Below are positions 25,200-36,671 of a stretch of 64,000 bases of DNA, piece after piece (positions within the stretch are counted from its first letter, which is position 1; every line of letters begins with the position of its first letter). The DNA comes from Epiperipatus broadwayi. Lineage: Eukaryota; Animalia; Onychophora. Both the position numbers and the translations under genes were made by a program. Below the pieces are notes generated by a model. That model was not told where the DNA came from, ran no database searches, and was given only the letters and a program-made list of their open reading frames with translations. Where the stretch lies: contig JAQFVV010000003.1 of the NCBI GenBank assembly GCA_028023455.1, forward strand, positions 29,202,001 to 29,266,000. The letters are read 5' to 3'.

Positions 25200-25535
25200 A
25201 AACCACTAAACATCACATAATCACTATTTCTTATGCTAGCACATTACTGTTTTTAAAACAGGAAAAATTCTCCATACAGTAGCGCCACTCTGTGCCGACC
25301 AGAGTAATCAATGGATGCCAGAAGCTTCTTGTGCATAAAATCCCTATCTAGTGCCTACTCATCCAATATCCCCAGATTAGTTTCTGACAAAGGCCACAAG
25401 CTAGAAACTAGTCTGGGGATATTGGATGAGTAGGTACTAGATACGGATTTTATGCACAAGCCTTCTGGCATCCAATGATTACTCTGGTTGGCACTGAGTG
25501 GCACTACTGTTTGGAGAGTTTTGCCTGTTTTAAAT
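25200..25535. mobile_element. Fold-back (palindromic) copy of the hammerhead-bearing repeat family
   Basis: Arms at about 25255-25386 and 25400-25533 are reverse complements. Both are homologous to the 9871 unit, and the element is flanked by the 10-bp direct repeat tcagaaggtt. A mutated hammerhead (CTGACAA core) lies on + at 25384-25419. Confidence 0.85.
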
Positions 25536-25756
25536 TCAGAAGGTTCTGTACATAGACTCTATGCTCAGACACAATATAATAATATAACAAAAGGATTACC
25601 TAATCTCAACAACTATATAAATAAATATTGGTTATATTAAGGCAATATGAGCTTATCACCAAAATTACCATACTGTAAAAGAATAACAGATCTGTTTGAA
25701 GAGTAATTGCTTTATTTTATATATACTTGAATAAAATATAAAAAAATGAAACTAAC

Positions 25757-25870
25757 TTTGTCCTGTAAAGCTTCTTCAATATGAACACTAAGGTTAATAG
25801 CAGTCTGGGGATTTTTTAAAATATAACAAACTCTTCGCTGACATGATTTGGAGGTTTTATCTTTTGCTTC
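25757..25870 (-). CDS. GTF3C1: GTF3C1 internal exon: EAKDKTSKSCQRRVCYILKNPQTAINLSVHIEEALQDK
   Basis: 114-bp phase 0/0 exon with ttttag acceptor and gttagt donor. Matches remembered human [22 protein letters not shown]...EVYQDK. Confidence 0.93.
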
Positions 25871-28800
25871 CTAAAAAAAATTAATAGTATTAATTCTAAT
25901 AAACTAGTAAAAATCATTAATATCTTAAGTTTATATTAATTAGTATCATTTCATGTAACACTAAATGGCAGTAAAGATTCTATCTCTATTATCATTTTCT
26001 AGTTTATGGCCTTATTTTGGCAGATATCTCTCTATCTGAAGAAACCTATAAACCAGAAACAAGATATGGAGATCTAAATTTTACTATCATATGTGGCCAA
26101 TGATTTTACTTCATGTTTAGACTACAGCTGTCATCAATAAATAATTTTTAATATTGCTTTATTGACTATGATGATAACAGTAATAACAATAACATTTTAA
26201 AGCATGTCTTACTAGAATACTTATTTATTTAAATCAGAATATGCAAAAGAATAAAAAGTATTCTTCAGTTAATAACACTTTCATCACAATAAATAATTTA
26301 TAAAAAATAATAAATTACATAAATTATTAGTGAAATAAAAAATATTTACAACAATACAATACAAAACAATACTAGTTGCCTTAATTGTGAGTGAACTCTC
26401 TGTAATTGCCATCATTTAAGAGTTCAACTCTGAGATAAGTAAAACTCCAAAAAAATTTTAGGTTCCAACAGACTTGATTTTTTTCAAAAAGCTATCTCAT
26501 AGGTGATCTTGCCATTGATAGTTAAATAATTATTAATAAAATAATGTTCTTTTACTAAGTGGGTTATGTGATATTGGATGATTAAAGTGATATGCTAAGG
26601 ACAATAATTATTTGAACAGACCTAAAATTTTCTTGCCTTTTTTTTTTATTACCTTAGCTGGAAATAAACCTAAAAACCACTAATTCGAGACCACAACTAT
26701 ATTAGTATGGTAAATCATACTGGGTATCTAGCTTTTCGTAGCTTGGAGATAATGTAAGAATGGAAAATCCTTAAAACCCATCATCAAGTAATGACAAGCT
26801 TGATGAACAATGTCTATATAGATGATTATAATAGACAGCTTTATCCAGTTGGATACTATTTAATGGTTGCTAAATCTTTTACCTTTATTAATGCATACAC
26901 ATATTAAATACTTTATTGCTGAACTGGCTGACTTCCCTTCAAAGAAATTAACAAATAAAGTGATACTATTTGAAATACATATTACAAAGTTTCTATAATA
27001 TATTCAAAAAGTTAAAATTTGACTTATTTTCAACAAATTGCAAAATAAAAATGTAATCAACTGTAATAAAATAATAATAATAATCTAATTGTTTGTTACT
27101 TGGGAATTCAAAAGTAATTTAATTAATGGATTACAGCTTCACCAAACCATGCAGAGCATCAATTATAAAAATACTTGGCAAAAACAACAGAAGAGTACCG
27201 TAAATAAAATGTGCAATGATAAGTAGGTTTAACTATAGTTCTTGTTAATATCTGCCGAACATCTAAAGTGCTGAAGATCATACAGTATATGAGTTGCCCA
27301 AGACTTCCACCATTTTTTTCATGGTTGAATCATAATTCAAGCATAAATTTAATATACTAAAGATAAATAGCAGTGTTTGTTAGAGAAATATGTTAAATTC
27401 TCTCTGTCCAAACTTAGTTAGAAGTGACTAGGTAATAGTGTACTATAATCAAATTATAACAAATACCTGATCATCATTAGAGGTATATTGCATTAGTTTC
27501 TATTCTTTCAACAGTTCATTTAAAGCAATCTTTATGAACTTTAATGAGTGGGCAAAACTTTTGGATGATATTTCGCCTCATTAATTTAAATAATACAATA
27601 TGAATGAAATCACCAGTAGAATAAAGCCAAATAGCCATAAAAACTGGTTAAGGAAGTTTTCTGGTACTACCATATAACAACCATTACTAAAATAATGCTT
27701 GCATAATGACCATAAGTGAAAAAGTCATTATTGATAAAACAATATAATTAAAAATAATGTGAATATTTGAATGCAAATGTTATTACAGAAACTTAATAAT
27801 TCCATTAAATACATCACATTGATTTTTTTTCTCTAGTTTTCTTTGTTAGATTCAATTAAAAAACCTTTTGCTCTTCAAAAAAAAAAAACCCCCTATTCTT
27901 TCACTGATCCTCAAACAACAATTTTAATTATTCATTGACCTTTGACATATTAAAGCTACTAAAAATTAATGATTTCAATTTTTTTTTTTTTTTAAGATAT
28001 AACAATTAACATAACAATTCAGACAACTTGTTCTTAAAACAGAATGAATTTTTGATATATTTATACTAACTTATTCTAGTTGATAATAAATAAAAGTTAC
28101 AATAAGATATAAGACACAAAACCAAGGTTTTAAAAACTTCCATTGCATTTCAGTTGTTAGCCACAAGGCCTCAACTTTAAATTAATTATTCTAAAGCAAA
28201 CAAAACATACATATGTCTTATCATAGCCTAAACTAGATTTATACTCAACAACAATTTAAAAAAATTATATTTAAGGGACTTACTTTAACAACTGTGTACA
28301 AAATTGGATGATGCTAGTGACAATAATTAACTTTAAAAATCATATTAGAAATTAAACTTGCACTTAATTTAGTTAAAGATGAGTTGTTTCTTACATTTTT
28401 TCTCACAATCTTCATTATTCTATAATTCATCAATAATATATTCAACAATAAAATAAATAACTTAAGAATATACATTAAATTCAGCACACATGTAAAAATA
28501 AACTTTATACATGTTAATACACAGTAAAGTGCTGCACAAAATAATATTAATAAAATTTTTGAAAATCATGGCAAGGACTTATTACAGTTTCAAGACTTTT
28601 CTAACAATGAATATTATTCTATGACTGTTCTGTAGTATTCAATATTTTTTTAATAAGATAAAGATTTTATAATGAAATATGAGTCTACATATGTAAGATC
28701 TCTATTAAAAAATGATTATCTTTACATAAAGTCTGCTTTACTTTAAGATATAAGTGTATCTCATTTTAAATATCAATAGTTATCTAAAAACACAGGTTGA

Positions 28801-30440
28801 CATTATTTCATATTTAGGTCTATAGAAAATCATTTTTACATCTTTGATGCTTTTCCAGTATATTAAAATGATATAAAACATGCATGAATATATGGGTTTT
28901 TATATGTATCTATATATATAATTATTAAAACCAGTCAACATATCAATACAATCAACGATTTCAAACTGTTGTCAAGGTAACCTTCTTTTAACAATAAAGA
29001 AGGAATCCCATCTTTATAAACAGTCTAATATACTTATATAGATGCTAAAGATTGCAACTTGACCACAGAGATTGAAATTTTTGATATAAAGAAGTTTAAA
29101 TAAACCTTTTTAACAGGTAAATATAACCTATTCTGAATGCAGACTAATAAAGCCAATTATAATATTACAAACTGTAATTATAAATTTCAAATTGCACCCC
29201 AAAGTATTACTTAAATAATAAGTGTAATAATATATATTGTAACGCTAGCAAGATATATGTTCTAAAACATATATATTGTAACCTTCCCCGTCGTAAACTG
29301 CATACTCATAAATGAATCACTACGCACATTTTTAGGCGTTTAATCCCAATGTAATCTTTGTCTATTACAACTATAGAGTATACCTTCTTCTAATCTCTCT
29401 CTCTCTGCTTCAACACTCAATCTAAGTGAATCTAGAATACACACCTATAAAATTATAAGTGTTAAACCAAAGATAAGATTTCCTTATTGGCTAAGCTCAC
29501 ATGAAACTATGCTTAGAGAAGATCACAAGGTGAGTAATAACTTCTGGTCAAACCAACCCCAAAAGCCATAAATAAGCAAACAAACAAAAGATTATGAAAT
29601 AAACTTACTCTTTATCAAACTAATAAATAACTAATGATTAGATCAATGAAATGAATATGAAATTAAAATACAAATTAAACAATAAGTAAATTAAGATGTA
29701 GATAATGTAATGGATAATGAAAATAAATAGAAATTAAATAATAAAATGAAATAAGTCTGATAATGAATAGAAAAGGAATGAATATGTATTAGAATAATGA
29801 ATGATTAAGATGATGATAGAATAAGAGTTAATGGATGATCAAGATGATAATGAAAAGAGCTAATGAATAGTGAGTTAATTAGGATAAAGAATTAGGATGA
29901 AAGGATAGCAAAGGAAAATGGGAATGACAGATGAGAAAATGATGACGATGAAAGATGAATTCCAGAACTCTAACTTTGGTATTAAATTAAATGATAATGA
30001 AACAATGAAATCAAATATGGATTTCAAGCTTAGCAAAACCAGAATATTCACTATAAAGTCAAAACAAGCTATATATGTTTCAGATAAAAAAGCAATTGAT
30101 ATTTTAAAATTTAATTGACTTTTACAAAACAGTGAATGTACCTAAATCCAATCCAACAACTAAACAACTAAATTTAACATCTACCATAAAATTAAATTCT
30201 ACATTACAAATTAATACAACCTATTCTTCTCAGGGTTTACATTACTTAAAGTTTATTATACACCATATACTTGGGTCAGTGAGAGGGATTTTGCCACTAC
30301 CCAAATATAATGCACAAAATAGTTCTTGTTAAAAAATTGAATTAATAAATACTTAGCAATTCTAAAGAAACTTTATAACTAATATAAACTTTAAGCTTCC
30401 ATTTGTATGAATAATTTTCACTAGCTAAACAAAGACTTAC

Positions 30441-30558
30441 TGAATTCTTTCTCTTAAATAAGTAATAACAATGTGATCAAGATCAGTGAATGACAAATCC
30501 GCAGGTTCAAATAAAATGATTAAACCAATATCAAATGTTTAATCTTTTAGTACATCAC
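30441..30558 (-). pseudogene. Exon of an unknown element-borne gene in A1: DVLKD*TFDIGLIILFEPADLSFTDLDHIVITYLRERI
   Basis: ttctag acceptor, gtaagt donor, one in-frame stop; homologous to 41301-41414. Confidence 0.7.
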
Positions 30559-30844
30559 CTAGAATAATATATATACTTTACGTTTACAATATTTTATTTA
30601 TTAAGTAATGAAGCCCTAGATATACTCATAAATGACAGGGCTTAGTAAAATTACTCTGGTATACAAACCTATAGTAACTTATACACTATTGATTGATGAT
30701 GATTTCCATATAATCATTGGATATGTAGATAGCAATAACAATAATAATGTGTGTGTATGTTAATTAGCAATAAGACTACTGATGACTAAATAAATGTTTA
30801 ACATAATAAAATTTATTTACAATATTCATATTTTAGTTAGATAC

Positions 30845-33115
30845 TGTGCCGGACGAAAGCTTTTAATTTTGTCTATCAATCTATTCTGAAACAGAGGGTG
30901 CCACCAGAACACTACGTGTCTGGAAAATTTGTTTACTGTAATCAGAATAGATGATGATGATGGTTTGCGCCGACTAGACTCAGGGAGAAACAAGAGATCT
31001 TAAATTGTTTAGACAATTGAGACAAAAGCACAAAGACAAACGTCAGCCAAATTAAGTTAAACATATTTCATAAATTTTATTATGAGAAAATAAATTATTA
31101 AATATAAGTTTATGACATAATAAATGTGAGTTAACTCAGGCGTGTACCAGAAATACTAAAGGCAAAGCTATGACAGACTGACTGATCTTCTAATAAACAA
31201 AGTTAAAAGGGAGGAAGCAAATTTCATTCAGCAGAGGATTCACTTAAACACTGGTTTTCCCTTTCAGATACTTAAACCATATGCCCTTGAAATAGATCAA
31301 AGAACCAGTGCCGATGAGCTGTTCGAGATCTAAACATGGTCAGATCTTGAATGTCCTTATATCGGTATGAACTGCACCAATTACTACGTTTAAAATAACG
31401 GCGATTGATCCACCCCAAGAACAATCGAAAAATATCATTGAAATGAAGAAACAATTAAACTGGTGAATCCCAGCCAAACGATTGGCGAAAATTACTTTAA
31501 AATTAATAATTAATGGTCTCAATAAGAGACAAGTAAATGATTAGAAAAACAGTTACGTCTGTCCCAGCAAATAACGAAAAGAAAATAAACTTACAAACAA
31601 ATTCTGAGTACACGCTCTGATAAATTTAAAGCACACGTAATAAATACACAAATGAATCTATCGGAGAGTGCACGAAGTACGAAAATCTTAAAAGTTGTAA
31701 ACACTTTAGCAGAACGAAAGTATCGCTCACCTGTAATTTAAGAAAGGATAAATTTTATCTTCCTGCTGACGACTTATAAAATTACAAAGAAAAACACAAT
31801 TCTAATTTCCGCTTTTAGAGATCTTAGAAATGAAATCTCCACCTGCGAAAATCAGACAATAAAGTCGTCAGCCAAAAGATTTTTGGAGGTTAAGCACTAG
31901 GGTAAACACAGAGTATAAAATTACAAATTAATTATTGAATACTAAATAATTACAGGTAAGCATAAAAATATATATATATATATACGAGGCTGCTAAAGCA
32001 TTTATAAAAGCGAGGTATAAAATATAAAACTCATTCGTCACTCTCCAATAAACAAAACGGAAAGCAAATTAGAATCTTAAAACTAAGATTCTAAGACACA
32101 CTATAAAATATTGGAAAACACAGCAAATATTAAATATGAGGCTATATTGATTTAAGAAGACATATTTATGATTAGATTGAGCGGAGATTTAATGAGAATT
32201 AATTTACCCTGGGAAGAATAAAAACGAAAATAATTACCTTTCGGTAAAAGCAATGTTCACGTAGAGTGCGCACTTTTACTTAAGTTCATTTTCAGGTTCT
32301 TTAGGCAGCAAGGTAGATGTAGAGAGGTTCCGGCTTCTTTTAGGTGTTCAAGGCATTACTGGAGCAAACTTGGAAGTCAGGGATCCGTCTTTTGTGGAGT
32401 TAGCAAGCCATTCGAGTGGTGATAACAAGGATAGAATTTTTCATTTTTGCAAGCGAAAGTATTTAATAACAGCTGATGTCCTTTAACTAAGAAATTTAAA
32501 TGTCCGCGCTGATATAACTTTCACGTGAGAAAACCACTTGTCTATCTCTCAAAACTGAATTAACTGACACTCCAAATTTTCGGGGCTATTTATACGTTGC
32601 TCCATTTCCCGCGAAACACTTTACTTGTTGTCCAATTTCTACGCCTTAGGCAGGGCAAATATTAATCTCCCGCTCAATCTATCTAAGAATTCTACCCAGG
32701 GTTTATTGAAATGAAAACAACAACATAAAAATCAAATCTCCGCTATCAAAATTGTTTACAATAATTAAAATAAAAGCAACAGGAATGCAATTAGCTAGCC
32801 AGCTTGTTTTTAAATCAAATGGATTTAAAAACAGGCGGTATATGAAAACTATTTTAAAATAAATCGATAAATATTTTTAAAAAAATCCGTTTTACATATA
32901 AACGCGTGTATACTTGGATACACGCATTCCTTTTAAATAATATTGCAAATTTAAACTCTACGTTTAATTAAAATCAAAAGCTTAATAAATTTCTTTTTTT
33001 TTTGTTTAATAACAACACCATTGAACCGGATTTCAATCAGGTTCAATACATACATGAAACAAGATTCTTTATTAAGGACAATCAGGGATAGGGATTCCTT
33101 GATATCCCCTTAACT
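30845..33115 (-). mobile_element. 2.27-kb CpG-rich insertion nested in unit A1 (LTR-like)
   Basis: Absent from unit A3. ATAC 4-bp direct repeat at 30841-30844 and 33116-33119, AGTTA start on the minus strand, and a TATA+Inr promoter. Confidence 0.6.
32562..32594 (-). promoter_or_regulatory. TATA box plus arthropod-type initiator inside the nested insertion
   Basis: Minus strand TATAAATAG (32586-32594) is followed about 28 nt later by TCAGTT (32562-32567), with a second TCAGTT at 32553-32558. Confidence 0.6.
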
Positions 33116-33825
33116 ATACACGTATAATGACAAACTAATAGTGATATCTTTCATATCCCTATTATTATGAGCTATTTTAAATCTTACTCTATCTTCTAGA
33201 ATAAGATAGTTACCATATTGGAATTATCCTACTACTTAAATTACAAAATAAAATATATATAAATCTTTGGGATAAGTCATCTTTTTAAATTTATTAATGG
33301 AGTTTTAACGTAGTATCTCAGAATGGATCTATTTAATTTATTAAAAGATGGTAAGGGCAATTACCATATGCAATATTATTAATAATTTATCATTATTTAC
33401 TATAAAATATTTATTATATTGATGTGGGACAGACATCATAAGTTAAAATACATATATGACACAAAATATTGCCTATGTCCAATATAATCATTTAATAATT
33501 AAATGATCTTACCGATCCATCGGCAAATCACCACTTGATAAAGATACTTCTACATTGTTCATGTACACCCCTTGCTATTTTATGTAGAAGTTCTACACAC
33601 ACTAATAAATTTGGTTGGTTTGCCTATCAAGCTGATGATTACACATCATCATCAAGACACTATCCCAATTAAACAGCCACTATGGATTTACTAGTGTCCC
33701 GTAAGCTAACTTATTTTATCCTTGCCATTGGATTATGAATACTAATCTTCACCATACATGGTGGAAAACTAACTCTAACTTCGTGAAGGATTTAACGATA
33801 AAGGAGGCTCTACAAAACAACATGG

Positions 33826-33886
33826 AAGTTGCATAGAAAAACAACATGAAAGTTGTATACGAAAAACAACATGAAAGTTGTATACT
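33826..33886. repeat. Three tandem ~25-bp copies of aaaacaacatg(g/a)aagttg(c/t)ata
   Basis: Directly visible; only one copy at the homologous position in unit A3 (about 42478-42500). Confidence 0.85.
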
Positions 33887-36671
33887 AAAAATGGCCAATT
33901 CTAATACCTTCATTGGTATAAAAGTGCGGGCAATGCCTCGCTATGTAAAATAGAATTCAAACCATGGGATTATCCTCTCTTGGGAATTAATTATGCTCTA
34001 AGCACTAACTCGTAACTAGCTTCAACAATATCATCCTTTCACTTAATCAGCAATGGGGAATTCTCCATCATTCCATGTACACTACTAATATTATTATATT
34101 TGATGCTCTTATATTTAGTACAACTCTTCAGCTAACAGCTGGTACAAATTCTAATTAATGCAATAGCAAGGTAAAACAACAATAATAATAAAAGTGGAAA
34201 CACAAATATTCCATTTTACAATGCATAAACTGTTAATGTTTGATAAACAAACCACCAATATCTAAGTAAAATAACCCTTAATTATTTTAAAATAATTATT
34301 ATATCATGTTATAGCAAGTCATGTACATGTAACGACAGATCAACCTACATTTGATATTTAAAATGGACATTTTAATTCATAGGCAATATTAAGATAGGAA
34401 AAAAAAATTTATTAAAATTATTTCTTATAATAGAACAATTGTGTCATGAGGTGTATAATTTTAGCAAGTTCGGATTTGTTTATTCCCTTTCAATATAATA
34501 TTGACATTTATTTTAGTATAATGAGAGAAATATTTCTCCCTCCCTTCCAATAAACAATATTTACCGCTGTATTTTCCTTGATAGGATAACATAAAATAAA
34601 TGTGATAAATGTATATCTTTTTATGCATCTCTATACTCTTACTAAATACATTTTATAGTTTTCAAAATATATAACACATAATATATAAAAAAAAAACCTG
34701 ATCCTTGAATAACACATGAATAAGACAAAAAATATATTCCACTATTATATATGTTAATAACAATGATGAACAAATGTTCTTTTCCATTAGATTTTATTGT
34801 AATTGTTCCAATTTGATGCGATCTTATGAACAAAAATATTGGGAAGACGGATATGATAAGCAATATTCCTAAGTAAATATAGATGTTGGATATCTTGTTT
34901 CATAATAACATGTTCAGACAATATTTAAACTTTTTTTTTTTAATGGCACGAAAATCTTTTATTAGTTTCCATAATAATATAAACACAATGAGGCATAATC
35001 AAGCAATATCTAAAACATTTTTTTTAACGGCAATACCATTAAACGAGGTTTATCAAGATTTATAAACGCATTTTTTTTTTAAAATCCTAGATTGATTGAT
35101 ATATATTTGATGTTATTCCAGTGTTATAATATTTAGCAATTTGAAAGTCAGACCATTGAACAGACTGAAAATTATTTATTGGTTTATCATTCTTTTCTAT
35201 CCGCGCAAAGATTTCTGTTATAATTTTAAATAATTTTAGAACAACTGAAAATATCATTACTTTACATTTTACACAATCAAAAAAATTAAATAAATACTTA
35301 TTTATTTACTTCCATCTGACAATACGTATTTAATAATATTAGCAGAAGTGATTTGCTATTCGGCAAATGTCAATAAAATATTTGATATTAATAATTTATC
35401 ATTTTTTTTATTTTAAACAACTAAGCCATTCGCGGTGAAATATTGAAGCAGACGATATCTCTTCCCAATGACAATACAAAATAATTCAGGCATTTTTTCT
35501 TTTAGAACAAATTATTTTATAGGGTTTAACAATGAATGTTTAATTTATTTAATATTTCTTCTAAAAATTTCCATCAAAAGAATTTTGAATTATTTTCACT
35601 AAGAAGATAGTTTGAACAACAAATGTGTTTTTCAGATTACTACTTATAGCAGCGCGAAAATCAAATTTACTTTAATCCTTTTTCTCTTGTAACTCAATAA
35701 TTCTAATGTTTTTAGTTTTAACCATTTATTAAGATAAATAAAACAACAATAATTTCTTACTTTTTCTGTTCTGGTTCTTTCTTGTAAGTGGTCCATATTT
35801 AGGCAAATATTTCTTCCAATAATAATAATCAAGAAGGTCATTCCGATCTTTTCAGCGTGTAAAATCAAAAATTATATGGTCAATGAAAGTAGTGCAAGAT
35901 GACACAGAGTTATTAGTTTTCTACCCTAACATCTTTGATTTCATGTAATCTCAAAATTTTCTTAAAAATAATTTTTGAAATTATTCTTTCCAGATTATTA
36001 CTTTGACTATTTTTTTTTTATGAGTGAAGAATTACGTCTTATCTCGATTTTTTTTTTTAAATAGTTCTCTGGCTTACCAACTTGTTCTAGCCTTTATTAT
36101 TTGTCTTACCAGTTGTGATTGGTCCTAAACAATCCAATCATAGTAAATGTACATAAATTAATATTTTTAATCCCTATAGTGAGGAAAATCTAGACTGATA
36201 TTTCAATTTAACGCAACATACAATGTATTTAAAGATCATTTGTATATAAAATTTAGAAGAATTATAAATTGATTTTGGTTGTTTATTTTTTTTTAATTGT
36301 TGTTTAATAATAATGAAAGTTTAAATACTTTCCTATTTTCAAATTGGTTTTATACTAGTAATGTTATTTAAATTAGCTACCACTGGAAATTGTGATAAAA
36401 TATTTATGAGATAAATATCCATTCCATCAGAACTTCCAGTGCATTATCAGTCTAAATCATCATCACCATCCAGATATTTATGGGTAAGCTTTTGTTTAAT
36501 TGGAAAATATATAATCCAATAAGCATTTTAATATATATAACTAATATTTACACACTACTTTTCAATAATTTATAAATTATTACAATTTAAAAATTTAAAA
36601 TTTTACACACTGGACCCTTGAATAAAATTTACTACCATGAGCCAAAACATATAGTTACAATATATATATAT

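Larger units (their letters stand above)
29277..36659 (-). mobile_element. Unit A1 of an unclassified element family (about 5.1 kb without its nested insertion)
   Basis: TGTAAC start after atatat and GTTACA end before (AT)6. Colinear homology with 40217-45231, and minus-strand spliced exon remnants. Confidence 0.65.

Noticed and set aside
30270-30310. GSGK read as a Walker A motif (packaging ATPase of a Polinton)
   Set aside because: Followed by I rather than S/T, lacks the upstream G, and no polB, integrase, capsid or long TIRs were seen.
29918-30332. Two plus-strand ORFs in unit A1
   Set aside because: Not conserved in A3; splice sites and synonymous changes point to the minus strand as coding.
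33880-34250. Plus-strand reading KIEFKPW...GINYA as an env-like gene
   Set aside because: It is the mirror of equally conserved minus-strand motifs (PWFEFYF, W.DGE.PIAD); the minus strand is better supported, and env homology cannot be shown.
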